Below, one piece after another: positions 18,339 to 27,213 of a DNA stretch of 64,000 bases. How positions within the stretch are numbered: position 1 is the stretch's first letter; each line of letters starts with the position of its first letter. The DNA is from Candidatus Jorgensenbacteria bacterium GW2011_GWA1_48_11. Lineage in GTDB: Bacteria; Patescibacteriota; Minisyncoccia; UBA6257; GWB1-50-10. The DNA lies in contig LCPF01000001.1 in NCBI GenBank assembly GCA_001003475.1, forward strand, positions 328,549 to 392,548. Direction: 5' to 3'. Position numbers and translations under genes: made by a program. The notes beneath the pieces were generated by a model. That model searched no databases. It worked only from the letters and a program-made list of their open reading frames with translations, and had not been told where the DNA came from.

Positions 18339-19232
18339 ATGAAAAACAGAATTCAAAAAATTCAAAAGTATTTAGAAGGAAAGAATATTAAGAACAAGCT
18401 TATTTCTAAAAATAAGTCAGATCATCTTCTTATTAATGGTGATTGTGATGAGGTAATGATGTTATTGCCCGAAAAGAGTGTCGATCTAATCATTACTGAT
18501 CCGCCGTATAATCAATCTCTAGATTACGGATTACGTTTTAATGATAATAAAAGCTGGGCGGAATATTATGCATGGTTGGAGCAAAAGCTTTCACAGATTC
18601 CAAGATTACTAAGTGATAAAGGAAGTTTCTATTTAATAAGTTATCCAGAAATTAACGCGCGAATATTACCATTTCTTGAGGATAGACTAAAGCTAAATTT
18701 CAGACGTTGGATTACTTGGCATTATCCAACAAATATTGGCCATTCATATAAAAATTTTACAAGAAGCCAACGCTCGATACTCTTTTTTACTAAGAGGGGA
18801 AAAGGATACGTTTTTAACCAAAAAGAAATCATACAACCATATAAGAATCCTACTGCTCCCGTAATTAAAGAACGCTACCGTCTGGGTTATAAAGGAAGAG
18901 CCGCTTACGATGCACTAGGTTTAGAGGATTTGATAGAGATAGATTTGCTTAAGAATAACTCTCCAGAAAGATTTCGAAATATTGATTCTAAATTTGTTTC
19001 TTTAGATAACAATAAGGAAAAGCTTAAAAAAATTGATCACCCATGCCAATTGCCGCTTAGTTTATTGGAGCTATTTATAAAAGTTAGTAGTAAATCAAAT
19101 TCTGTGATATTTGATCCTTTTGCTGGCACGTTCACCACGTCAGCCGCCGCAGCGAATTTGGGCAGAAATTCTATAGGAGTGGATTTAAATCCTAAATTTA
19201 TTAAATTTGGTGTTAAGAGATTAAAAAAATAA
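18339..19232 (+). CDS. DNA methyltransferase, beta class (N4-C or N6-A; DPPY before FxGxG)
   Basis: Motif IV (DPPYN) precedes motif I (FDPFAGTFTTSAAA). Confidence 0.8.
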   Translation: MKNRIQKIQKYLEGKNIKNKLISKNKSDHLLINGDCDEVMMLLPEKSVDLIITDPPYNQSLDYGLRFNDNKSWAEYYAWLEQKLSQIPRLLSDKGSFYLISYPEINARILPFLEDRLKLNFRRWITWHYPTNIGHSYKNFTRSQRSILFFTKRGKGYVFNQKEIIQPYKNPTAPVIKERYRLGYKGRAAYDALGLEDLIEIDLLKNNSPERFRNIDSKFVSLDNNKEKLKKIDHPCQLPLSLLELFIKVSSKSNSVIFDPFAGTFTTSAAAANLGRNSIGVDLNPKFIKFGVKRLKK

Positions 19233-19234
19233 AA

Positions 19235-20983
19235 ATGACTGGAGAAGAAGAATTAAAAAGTCTATTAGGATCTCTTGGTTTTAATGTTTTTGTATTTGAT
19301 GAGGGAGATGATAAAAGTGGTATTACCATACAACGCACGAAAGATCAGGAGCCTTGTGAAATAGATGCTATAGCTATACACGAAAACGTTATTATCTTAA
19401 TTAACGCTTATAGAGGTTTACGCAGTAGAAAGGCGTTTGATAAAATACCTGATTTTTTTCGACAACTAAGATATTTAGACACCCCTGATAAACTAAATCT
19501 AGTTGTTAGTAATCAGAAATTACCAGCTGGTAATAAAAATTTAAAATCCATAGGTCTTATCAAAGACCTTATACAAAAAAGTTCTTATGATTGGTTACTT
19601 ATAAAATTAGCATTTTCTCCAAACGTCCATATTCCCATCGGGAAAATTGAACTTAATAATCAGGAGATAATTTTTGATAAAAAACATAACGATTATTTTG
19701 GATATGGTATAGAAAATATAGGAGGAGAATACATGAGACAAGAATTTCTTTATTTTCTTAAGATTAAAATGCGGGAATTCAAACGTTTAAAGGGAAGTAG
19801 AGTTGGTGATGAGCCGGAGTTAACTGCAGATTTTCAAAGTATAGAAACTAAATTGAATGATAATCAGACAATGTATTCAACTAGTGTTTCTGTAAGTGAT
19901 ATTATTCCTTATATTCAGGTGTTGCGAGTTGCCGATGAATATAATGAACAGGCATTTCAACGAATGATAAATGGGGAAATTATAAAAAGAATTTCCAATG
20001 AGTATCTTAATAAAAATAAATCTTTCCCCAATAATATAATTCTTGCCTTTAATCCAGATATATATAATCATGGACGCGCTATTAATTTCGCAGGAGCTAA
20101 AAGAATAAAGTTTTATAAGGAGTTTGGTTCGCTAATCGTCATAGATGGACAACATAGATTACTTGCTCACCTTTTAGAAAAAAATAGAGATTATCTAAAA
20201 TCAGTTTTGGTAAATGTAATTTTATTTGAAACTAAAGATAGAGCTAAAGCATTTGATCAAATGGCTGAGTTGTTTTATCTCATTAATACTAAACAAAAGA
20301 AACTTACATCTCTGGTGTCGTTAAGAATACGTTCCAAAATTATTCCTTCCGATATGGAGTCAATATGGTATAGGGTTTTTGAAAAATTAAATAACATGGA
20401 TCAAAGAGACAATTATCTTTTTGAAAAAATTTCATTTGATGAAAAAGAAATACGTAAAGAGAAAAACGGGATTAATATAAGTAGTATAATATCTTATTCT
20501 GGCCTTAAAAGGATTTCTAATGGAGTAAAGAAAGGGAAAAAGAATTTAATAGGCTTAAAAGATATTTATTTACAGCAGGTCGTATTTAAGAACGAAGAGC
20601 AATTTTACGAAAATTTTGTTAGAAAATATTTCAGTATTATTGGAGAAATAATCGATAGAAATACAAAAATGGCGGCTCGTGATTTCGGTGGTTTATTAAG
20701 AATAGCAATACATTTCTTAAATGATTCTAAAACAAAAGATGTATTTAAAAACTTTGCTTTGGAAAATAATGCATTGCCTACAAAAATCGTTGAAGATATA
20801 AAAAGCTATTTTATTAGGATACCTTTTAATAAACTTGATCAATTAGAATATGGCGCTAATGCGTGGGCAATAATGGAAGGTTTTTTCCTTGGGAATATTC
20901 GAAAACATCATAGAGGATTTGGTATTTCTTCACTGTTGAGTAAAAAAGGACAGGCGGCAATGAAGAAAGGCAAAAAGTTTTAA
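19235..20983 (+). CDS. DGQHR-domain protein (DndB/DpdB-like ParB-fold) with an N-terminal nuclease-like region
   Basis: An exact DGQHR motif (SLIVIDGQHRLLAHL) sits at about residue 300. The start is only 3 nt downstream of the MTase stop. 582 aa. Confidence 0.65.
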   Translation: MTGEEELKSLLGSLGFNVFVFDEGDDKSGITIQRTKDQEPCEIDAIAIHENVIILINAYRGLRSRKAFDKIPDFFRQLRYLDTPDKLNLVVSNQKLPAGNKNLKSIGLIKDLIQKSSYDWLLIKLAFSPNVHIPIGKIELNNQEIIFDKKHNDYFGYGIENIGGEYMRQEFLYFLKIKMREFKRLKGSRVGDEPELTADFQSIETKLNDNQTMYSTSVSVSDIIPYIQVLRVADEYNEQAFQRMINGEIIKRISNEYLNKNKSFPNNIILAFNPDIYNHGRAINFAGAKRIKFYKEFGSLIVIDGQHRLLAHLLEKNRDYLKSVLVNVILFETKDRAKAFDQMAELFYLINTKQKKLTSLVSLRIRSKIIPSDMESIWYRVFEKLNNMDQRDNYLFEKISFDEKEIRKEKNGINISSIISYSGLKRISNGVKKGKKNLIGLKDIYLQQVVFKNEEQFYENFVRKYFSIIGEIIDRNTKMAARDFGGLLRIAIHFLNDSKTKDVFKNFALENNALPTKIVEDIKSYFIRIPFNKLDQLEYGANAWAIMEGFFLGNIRKHHRGFGISSLLSKKGQAAMKKGKKF

Positions 20984-21014
20984 TATTATTATTGTTTCTA
21001 GCTTTAGTTATATC

Positions 21015-21055
21015 GAAGCCTGCGCAAAGTGCGCGGGCTTCATTATTTTATATTT
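21015..21055 (+). terminator. Hairpin terminator at the end of the RM operon
   Basis: A GAAGCCTGCGC/GCGCGGGCTTC stem followed by an A/T-rich run. Confidence 0.4.
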
Positions 21056-21075
21056 TGGCGGCGGATTTGACGATT

Positions 21076-21501
21076 TTATTTTGAATAAGGAATTATATTT
21101 TCTTCCAAGAACATTCTTATTTTTGAAAGATAAAGATCTTTTTCTTTTGGTTTGCTTTCCGCGATTTCAACTGCGAATCGGTAGAGCTCGTTGTTCGAAA
21201 CCTTAAGCCACTTCCGGTTTTTGAAGAGAAAAACCAAAAGCGTCATTACCGCTAACCGCTTATTGCCGTTCTCGAACGGATGATTTTTTATCATCAAATA
21301 AAAAAGGATAGCTGCCTTCCCGGTTAATTTCCGATAAAGCGGCTTGCCGTACGTTTGGAACGGCGTTTGAATGTAGCTTTCAAGAACATTCGGGAACCTC
21401 GTGCCAAAGTCCGGTATTGGCTCATCGAAGGTCATCAATTCCTTGGCTAGCCTGAAAGCAGTATATTCAACCTCTTTTAAGTTGATTATTTTTATCTTCA
21501 T
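21076..21501 (-). CDS. doc: Doc (death-on-curing) family toxin, Fic fold
   Basis: Fic/Doc motif HPFENGNKR. Overlaps the upstream antitoxin gene by 4 nt (ATGA). Confidence 0.85.
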   Translation of the reverse strand: MKIKIINLKEVEYTAFRLAKELMTFDEPIPDFGTRFPNVLESYIQTPFQTYGKPLYRKLTGKAAILFYLMIKNHPFENGNKRLAVMTLLVFLFKNRKWLKVSNNELYRFAVEIAESKPKEKDLYLSKIRMFLEENIIPYSK

Positions 21502-21749
21502 TCCTGGCCGAGTTTTTTGAAAGCCGTTCCATATTCGGTCACGGCTCGCCGCACGGCTTTGTCTATTTCGCTTTTATTTTCTTCGCCGATCGATTTACCG
21601 AGGAGTTTCAAGACTTCTTCTTTGGGGATGACATAGTTCCGACCGATCTTGCTGGCCTTAATCTGGCCATTCACTATTTTTTTATGGATGGCTATTCGGC
21701 TGACTTTAAGCGCTTTCGCGACTTCGGCGGTGGAAAGGAAATCCGTCAT
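21498..21749 (-). CDS. HTH (MerR/excisionase-like) DNA-binding antitoxin
   Basis: N-terminal HTH (TAEVAKALKVSRIAIHKKI). The 83-aa gene is co-oriented and translationally coupled with doc. Confidence 0.7.
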   Translation of the reverse strand: MTDFLSTAEVAKALKVSRIAIHKKIVNGQIKASKIGRNYVIPKEEVLKLLGKSIGEENKSEIDKAVRRAVTEYGTAFKKLGQE

Positions 21750-21750
21750 A

Positions 21751-21780
21751 TTTATAGGTTAACATATGTTAACCTATAAA
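21751..21780. promoter_or_regulatory. 30-bp perfect palindrome TTTATAGGTTAACATATGTTAACCTATAAA abutting the antitoxin start: candidate TA autoregulatory operator
   Basis: Perfect dyad symmetry located 1 nt upstream of the antitoxin ATG. Confidence 0.6.
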
Positions 21781-21917
21781 TTCAAGACCGCAAGTAGATT
21801 TATGCCCTTAGAACCTGGACGACTGGCGTCGGCTTTGCCGGTTTTTTTTGGAGATTTACTTGACGAGAAGTGTAAAGAGTGCCATCCTTTTTAACAGTAC
21901 GAAAGGTGGTGATACCG

Positions 21918-22115
21918 ATGAAGGAAGAGCTGATTGGTTTGGTCCTTCTACTCGTCTACTGGGGCGTCTTCGTGGCCGTAGTGGTCTACCCGTACTTCAG
22001 ACAGCGGCGGGAGACAGAAGCGCTCCGGAGAACGGCATGCACGCTCATGGGCTTGCCGCCGGATACGAGCATTAAGGAGTTGAGGGAGATGCACCGGAAG
22101 ATGACGGAGAAGTAG
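21918..22115 (+). CDS. Small membrane protein (65 aa)
   Basis: SD AAGGTGGTGA is 6 nt before the ATG. One TM helix. Confidence 0.4.
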   Translation: MKEELIGLVLLLVYWGVFVAVVVYPYFRQRRETEALRRTACTLMGLPPDTSIKELREMHRKMTEK

Positions 22116-22310
22116 TATCACCATAGAACAATGGAATAGAAGCGGGATTCGTCCCCGCCCGGAGAAAGCGAAATTTCTCCCGTGAGACCCCTGCCCGGGC
22201 AATTACTCGGGTTAACCGTTAAGGGGTCTTTTTTTTCGACTAAATGGCGGCGGCTTTGCCCCCAGATCGTTATGTTTCAGTCGTCTCATTTCATCCGTCC
22301 CGCCACCCGC

Positions 22311-22340
22311 CTCAAAATCGCGTATATACGCGATTTTGAG
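22311..22340. promoter_or_regulatory. 30-bp perfect palindrome CTCAAAATCGCGTATATACGCGATTTTGAG upstream of tspO
   Basis: Perfect dyad. It is followed by a second 10-bp palindrome (GGATGCATCC) and a T-run. Confidence 0.4.
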
Positions 22341-22401
22341 GATGCATCCTTGTCTGGTTTTTATTGGCGGCGCCGTGTTTTGAAAATGATAGAATGAATT
22401 T

Positions 22402-22797
22402 ATGCAAACCTACGCGCAATTTTACGAAGCGATAAAAAAGCCGTTCTTTGCCCCGCCGGGGTGGGTTTTCGGGACGGCCTGGGGGATCATCTACCCGCTC
22501 ATCACGATCGCTTTCATCTATACCTGCGTTCTCGTGATCCGGAAAAGGGTTCCGACCAATCTCCTTTGGGTCTTGATCGCAAACCTCATTGCCAATTTTC
22601 TCTTTACGCCCATTCAACTCGGGTTCGCCGCTCTATGGCCGGCGTCTTTGGTCATTCTCTTCATTTTCGGCACGCTCGCTTTCTTCGAATACAAAATTTG
22701 GCGTCATTCGAAAGTCGTTTTCTTCCTCCTTCTGCCGTATCTTTTGTGGGGCGCCTTCGCGACGATTTTGCAGATCACGATAACTTTCATAAACTAA
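22402..22797 (+). CDS. tspO: TspO/MBR family tryptophan-rich sensory protein (short form)
   Basis: A Trp/Pro-rich 4-5 TM protein (PPGWVFGTAWGIIYPLI). Confidence 0.7.
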   Translation: MQTYAQFYEAIKKPFFAPPGWVFGTAWGIIYPLITIAFIYTCVLVIRKRVPTNLLWVLIANLIANFLFTPIQLGFAALWPASLVILFIFGTLAFFEYKIWRHSKVVFFLLLPYLLWGAFATILQITITFIN

Positions 22798-22950
22798 AAG
22801 CGACTCTCTGAAAAAAGAAGCCCTAGTTCTATTTTTTAATTCGAGCGCCTGCCTGCGCAGGCAGGAATAGAAGAATAGATGGTTTTCGAAAGTGAAACGA
22901 GCCCGTTGCTTTTGGCGCGGGGCCCGTTTGCGGTTCTGGCCGGCGAAAGG

Positions 22951-23097
22951 TCATTCGTCCTGGTCTCCCAGTTCGAGCGCGATATCGGCCAGGCGGACTT
23001 CGTCTTCGTCATCGAAACACTCCCCGACTTCGTCATCGAAACACTCTTCGCCTTCGTCGTCGAGGCATTCCTCGTTCTTTTCTCCCGGACCGAGCAC
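22951..23097 (-). CDS. Candidate 48-aa highly acidic Cys-containing repeat peptide (GTG start)
   Basis: SD GGGGAGGTG is 6 nt before the GTG. The sequence is M-LGPGEKNEECLDDEGEECFDDEVGECFDDEDEVRLADIALELGDQDE. It contains a tandem 24-bp nucleotide repeat. A TGcTATAAT extended -10 lies upstream. Confidence 0.3.
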   Translation of the reverse strand: MLGPGEKNEECLDDEGEECFDDEVGECFDDEDEVRLADIALELGDQDE

Positions 23098-23232
23098 GCG
23101 AATCACCTCCCCGGTTCTGGTTCTGCCATAATTATAGCATTTTTCCGGGTTTTTAAGCGGTTAATAATCCAGCTTTGACGGACTTTGGCCTTAGTGCTAT
23201 ATTCATTTTGGTAATTCCAACCAGGAGAGGGA

Positions 23233-23433
23233 ATGCGCTGCGATGATAAAATCGAGAGGGGCAGGACTTGCTTGCGTTGCGGCAAGTACTACTACGGCGG
23301 CAACGAGCATCTGAACTGCCCGGCTCGACGGAAACGGACCGCTTCATCGCGTTCGATCGATGACATTCTTCTTACTCCTGTTCCGCCGCGGGAACCGAAC
23401 ACGGTTGAAGGCCGGTTCGTCCTCCGGCGCTGA
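23233..23433 (+). CDS. Small zinc-ribbon protein (66 aa)
   Basis: SD AGGAGAGGGA. CxxC...C...C pattern (CLRCGKYYYGGNEHLNCP). A sigma70-like promoter (TTGACG-17-TATATT) lies at about 23176-23205. Confidence 0.45.
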   Translation: MRCDDKIERGRTCLRCGKYYYGGNEHLNCPARRKRTASSRSIDDILLTPVPPREPNTVEGRFVLRR

Positions 23434-23585
23434 GTTCGCATCGCCGCCCGAGAAGCCGCCCGCTCTCCGGGCGGCTTCTCTTTAATAAATTTCTTGACAT
23501 AAAACCGTTTTTATTTTAGACTTTCAGGTAGTTCCAAGGGGTATTCCCGAAAAAAAATCCAACGGATAAGGAAAGGAGGCGGACC

Positions 23586-24479
23586 GTGAGAGACGGAAGT
23601 CTTTTCCTCGGACTCATCGGAGTACTGGGAATCTGGTTGGGCAACGGGATCGGCCTGCCTCTGGTTCAGAGGTTCAAGGGTGAATTTTCTTCCCGCCAGC
23701 TGATGATCCTGCGCGGCGCAATGACGGCAATGATCGCGATGGGAATCCTGGGCGGCAGCCTCGAGGCGCCGTCCTGGGGCGTCGTCTGGATCGGCGTTAC
23801 GTTCGCCGTCGCCTGCCTCGCTCTCTACGAAGGCATCCATGCCTGGGGAGCAAACCTCACGATCGCGGTCATTACGACGACGCCGGTCGTGAACTTCGTC
23901 GCGGCCTTGCGCGACCGCCGGCCGGTGGCCGCGGTCGAGATCGCAAGCCTCGCCGTGATGTTCTTCGGCGTCGGCCTGGTCGTTTATTACGCCGAGCGCG
24001 AGTCGCGAACCGAAGCTTGCCGTTCCGGCAAGGAAAAGCCGAAGCGGAATTTCCGCGCCGGTCTTTTCTGGAGCGGGCTCGGGGTCTTGATGAACGGCCT
24101 TTATTACGAGGCGCTCCGTTCGACCCAGGGCGTGCCGTGGCTCGAACGTTGCTTCTGGCAGGCGGTGGTGCTTTTCCTCATCGGATTCGCGATGAGCCGG
24201 CGCGCCGACTGGTCGCCGCTCTGGTCGGGCTGGCGGAAACTCTCCGCCGTCGCCACCTTTGCGCTTCTCACCGGCTTCTTCTACTTCTGGGCGAACATCG
24301 CCGCCTTCGACAATTTGTCGACGACGGTGGCGAGCGTTCTGGCTCAGGGCGAGACGCCGGCGGTGATGCTCCTGGCCTATTTCCTGGTCGGCGAGCGCCT
24401 CAATCTTGTCCAGAAGTTCGGGGTCGCCGTCGCCCTCCTTGGCGCCGGATACCTCAGTTTCGTCTATGCCGGGGCCTGA
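23586..24479 (+). CDS. EamA/DMT-superfamily transporter
   Basis: A 10-TM, 297-aa protein with two EamA-like halves. Located in a GC-rich patch. The antisense ORF 23511-24482 is rejected. Confidence 0.7.
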   Translation: MRDGSLFLGLIGVLGIWLGNGIGLPLVQRFKGEFSSRQLMILRGAMTAMIAMGILGGSLEAPSWGVVWIGVTFAVACLALYEGIHAWGANLTIAVITTTPVVNFVAALRDRRPVAAVEIASLAVMFFGVGLVVYYAERESRTEACRSGKEKPKRNFRAGLFWSGLGVLMNGLYYEALRSTQGVPWLERCFWQAVVLFLIGFAMSRRADWSPLWSGWRKLSAVATFALLTGFFYFWANIAAFDNLSTTVASVLAQGETPAVMLLAYFLVGERLNLVQKFGVAVALLGAGYLSFVYAGA

Positions 24480-24493
24480 CACGTGTCAGGCCC
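24468..24493 (+). terminator. Strong hairpin GGGGCCTGACACGTGTCAGGCCCC overlapping the stop codon
   Basis: An 11-bp perfect inverted repeat. Confidence 0.5.
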
Positions 24494-24606
24494 CATTGCT
24501 TTTAAAAAGAGAACGGGCCAGTTGATGTTATCGCAGAGCTCAGTTTGAAGCGTCGGGCATGAGGCCGGAGAAGCGGCAAGTTTCGATTTTGAGGTAGAAT
24601 GTTCGT

Positions 24607-24984
24607 ATGGATCGTGAACGATTTGAGGAATTGGTGGCAGTCGGTCTAAAACGGATACCGGCCCGGTTTCTGGAAAAATTGAAGAATGTGGCGATTATGG
24701 TGGAGGACGAGCCGACCGCAGAACAGCTCCTAAGCGTGGGGATAAGGAAAGATGGCGGCGATACGCTTCTCGGCCTTTACGAGGGCGTCTCGAATCTTGA
24801 AGGCGGCCACACCCACCGGATTTTTCCGGACCGCATCACTATTTTTCGTTTTCCGATCCTTGAGCAAGCCGGGCGCGACGAAGAAATATCGATTATCGTC
24901 GCCGATACTATCCGGCACGAGATCGCCCACCATTTCGGCATGAGCGAGGACGAAGTGGCGCGCGCCGAGCGCGGCCGCCGTTAA
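24607..24984 (+). CDS. Minimal zinc metallopeptidase-like protein (HExxH)
   Basis: HEIAHHFG motif. 125 aa. Confidence 0.6.
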   Translation: MDRERFEELVAVGLKRIPARFLEKLKNVAIMVEDEPTAEQLLSVGIRKDGGDTLLGLYEGVSNLEGGHTHRIFPDRITIFRFPILEQAGRDEEISIIVADTIRHEIAHHFGMSEDEVARAERGRR

Positions 24985-25050
24985 AGTGACGGCCCGAATG
25001 GTAGAATTGAAAATTTTGACCGCTATAAAAATAAGGATTAGAATTTATTT

Positions 25051-25725
25051 ATGAAAAAAAGCGTAAAGTTTTTTCTCGATACCGCTAACTTAGACGATAT
25101 TAAGGGGGGTATAACTCTGGGAGTTTTTTCGGGCGTAACAACAAATCCAGTTATTGTTTCTAAGGAAACACACAACTACAAGGATTTTCTCATCAAAATA
25201 TTGGATACGATTCCCAAAAATTGGGAGTTAAGCGCAGAAGTGAAGGCGGGGAACACAGCAGATATGGTAAAACAGGCGAAGTTGTTGGCTGTTATGGATA
25301 AGCGGATTCGCGTGAAACTGCCGACAAACGTGGAAGGTCTTAAGGCTGCAGAGCAGTTGATCGAAAAGATTCCTTTGAACATGACTGTTGTAAAGCTTCC
25401 TGCGCAAGCCATGATGTGTCAGGCGTTGGCCGCGCGACATAAACCGAAAGACATCTTACTTTCCGTATTTTGCGGCCGAATCAATCAAGCCGGCTATGAC
25501 TGGAGGCCTATCCTTGAGAAAATATCACAGGTAGATTGGCCCGGAAAAATTTTGGCCGCATCTATAAAAACTCCGTTCGATATTGCGGAAGCCGTGGCTC
25601 ATGGCGCAGAAATCGTTACGGCACCGCTTGATGTTTATCAAACATCCCTCAGTTCGAAATTAGTTCAGGAGGACGTTGATTTGTTCAATAAGCCGTTTGA
25701 CGGCAAGGATTTTGAGGTCCGGTAA
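25051..25725 (+). CDS. Transaldolase / fructose-6-phosphate aldolase family protein (short TalC/FSA type)
   Basis: N-terminal FLDTANLDDIK...GVTTNP motif. 224 aa. Confidence 0.8.
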   Translation: MKKSVKFFLDTANLDDIKGGITLGVFSGVTTNPVIVSKETHNYKDFLIKILDTIPKNWELSAEVKAGNTADMVKQAKLLAVMDKRIRVKLPTNVEGLKAAEQLIEKIPLNMTVVKLPAQAMMCQALAARHKPKDILLSVFCGRINQAGYDWRPILEKISQVDWPGKILAASIKTPFDIAEAVAHGAEIVTAPLDVYQTSLSSKLVQEDVDLFNKPFDGKDFEVR

Positions 25726-25726
25726 A

Positions 25727-26605
25727 ATGAAATGTCTTCTGTGTAAAAACACGGAATTTGACCAAATTGCTCATTCACTCCGAGGAGGAGAGTTAATAAA
25801 TGTAAAAAAGTGTCTAAAATGCGGACACGTGCAGTTATATCCATTGCCAACCGAAAAAGAAATACAGGAGCGATACGAGACCGCGGCCGTATCAATACCG
25901 CAATCGGAAAAGAAAAGATTGAGCGATAAAGAGGTATTTTCTCTTCGAGATACTATTTATAATGCCGATCTTGTTTCTTCTCTCATCCCCAAAGGAGCAA
26001 CTGTTCTTGATTATGGATGCGGCTACGGCTTCTTTCTTAAAGAAATGAAAAAAAGGAAATATAATATAAGCGGAGTGGATATTTCTACAATCCGTACTGC
26101 CGTAGCAAAAAAAAATGCATCGAAGATAGAAATTAAACAAAATCTTACGGATCTTTCGCAAAAATCTTTTGACTGTATTACTGCTTTTCATGTTCTTGAA
26201 CATGTTCGTGATCCAATTGGTTTACTTATAACGCTGAAATCATATTTAAAACCGGGAGGCAGATTGATCATTGAGGTGCCAAACCTCGACGACCATTTGA
26301 TATCTCTCGTCCCGGAATATAAAGATTTTTATTGGAAAATAGAACATTTGTCGTACTTTAACGCGAAAACGCTAGCTTATTGTGTTCGTAAGGCCGGTCT
26401 TAAATTGCAAAAGACTTTTTACTACCAACGTTGGGATATTTTCAATTTGATGAATTGGGTATTACGGCGAGCGCCTCAACCGCCAGCCGAAGTCGTTTAT
26501 TTTGCCGAACGGCCGAAATTAATCAGCTGGTTGCAAAATCATTACAAGGAATATTTATCCAAGAATAAAACGGCGGACGCGGTTTTCATGGTGATAAAAT
26601 CGTGA
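25727..26605 (+). CDS. Class I SAM-dependent methyltransferase with N-terminal zinc ribbon
   Basis: CLLCKN...CLKCGH zinc ribbon followed by methyltransferase motif I (VLDYGCGYGFF). The start is 1 nt after the upstream stop. Confidence 0.75.
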   Translation: MKCLLCKNTEFDQIAHSLRGGELINVKKCLKCGHVQLYPLPTEKEIQERYETAAVSIPQSEKKRLSDKEVFSLRDTIYNADLVSSLIPKGATVLDYGCGYGFFLKEMKKRKYNISGVDISTIRTAVAKKNASKIEIKQNLTDLSQKSFDCITAFHVLEHVRDPIGLLITLKSYLKPGGRLIIEVPNLDDHLISLVPEYKDFYWKIEHLSYFNAKTLAYCVRKAGLKLQKTFYYQRWDIFNLMNWVLRRAPQPPAEVVYFAERPKLISWLQNHYKEYLSKNKTADAVFMVIKS

Positions 26606-27213
26606 CTAACGTAAAAAAAGACTTTTATGTAGTTGGGCTATACGGAATAAATTCTGCCGGTAAGACCGCTATTTCTCGGTTGCTTATGAAAGAAATCCCC
26701 ATATGCGAAATACAATCTACCGACAATTTAATGAAATTGTTTAAGTCTTATCACAAGGATCCAAAATACGTCGGCCTTTCGAGTCGTACGGCGTGGAAGC
26801 TTATCGGCGAAGAGAACGAAACTAACATTATTGAAGGGTTTAAAATATACAGGAGTATTGTTTCGTCCGATATAGATGTTTTAATAAACCGGGTGCCGAC
26901 AGAAAATTTTACAATGATATTTGAGGGAATCCATTTTTCGCCAAAGAATAGAGAAGCGGATAAAGCCGTAAAGATAATTCCCATATTACTTACCCTTCAG
27001 GACAAAGAGGCGCATAAGAGAAGAATTATTGAAAAATGCAATGGAAGAAACGAACTAGAACAGAGGTTGCTTGACGGCATGAAAACAGCAAGATTAATTC
27101 AGGAATTCCTTATAAGAGAAGCAAAAGAAAACGGGACGATTGTTGTGGATACAAGTTTTGATATCGTAAAACAAACTCTTAATAAAATTCTTAAAATTAT
27201 CAGTGATTACTGA
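26602..27213 (+). CDS. P-loop NTPase / predicted kinase
   Basis: Walker A motif GLYGINSAGKTAIS. Confidence 0.55.
   Translation: MTNVKKDFYVVGLYGINSAGKTAISRLLMKEIPICEIQSTDNLMKLFKSYHKDPKYVGLSSRTAWKLIGEENETNIIEGFKIYRSIVSSDIDVLINRVPTENFTMIFEGIHFSPKNREADKAVKIIPILLTLQDKEAHKRRIIEKCNGRNELEQRLLDGMKTARLIQEFLIREAKENGTIVVDTSFDIVKQTLNKILKIISDY

Noticed and set aside
22980-23050. Tandem repeats (GACTTCGTCATCGAAACACTC x2) as a possible CRISPR or minisatellite
   Set aside because: There are only two units, no spacers and no cas genes. The repeat lies inside a putative small acidic ORF.
23511-24482. 323-aa ORF antisense to the EamA transporter
   Set aside because: Arg/Glu/Asp/Pro-rich composition. The plus strand encodes a coherent 10-TM transporter.
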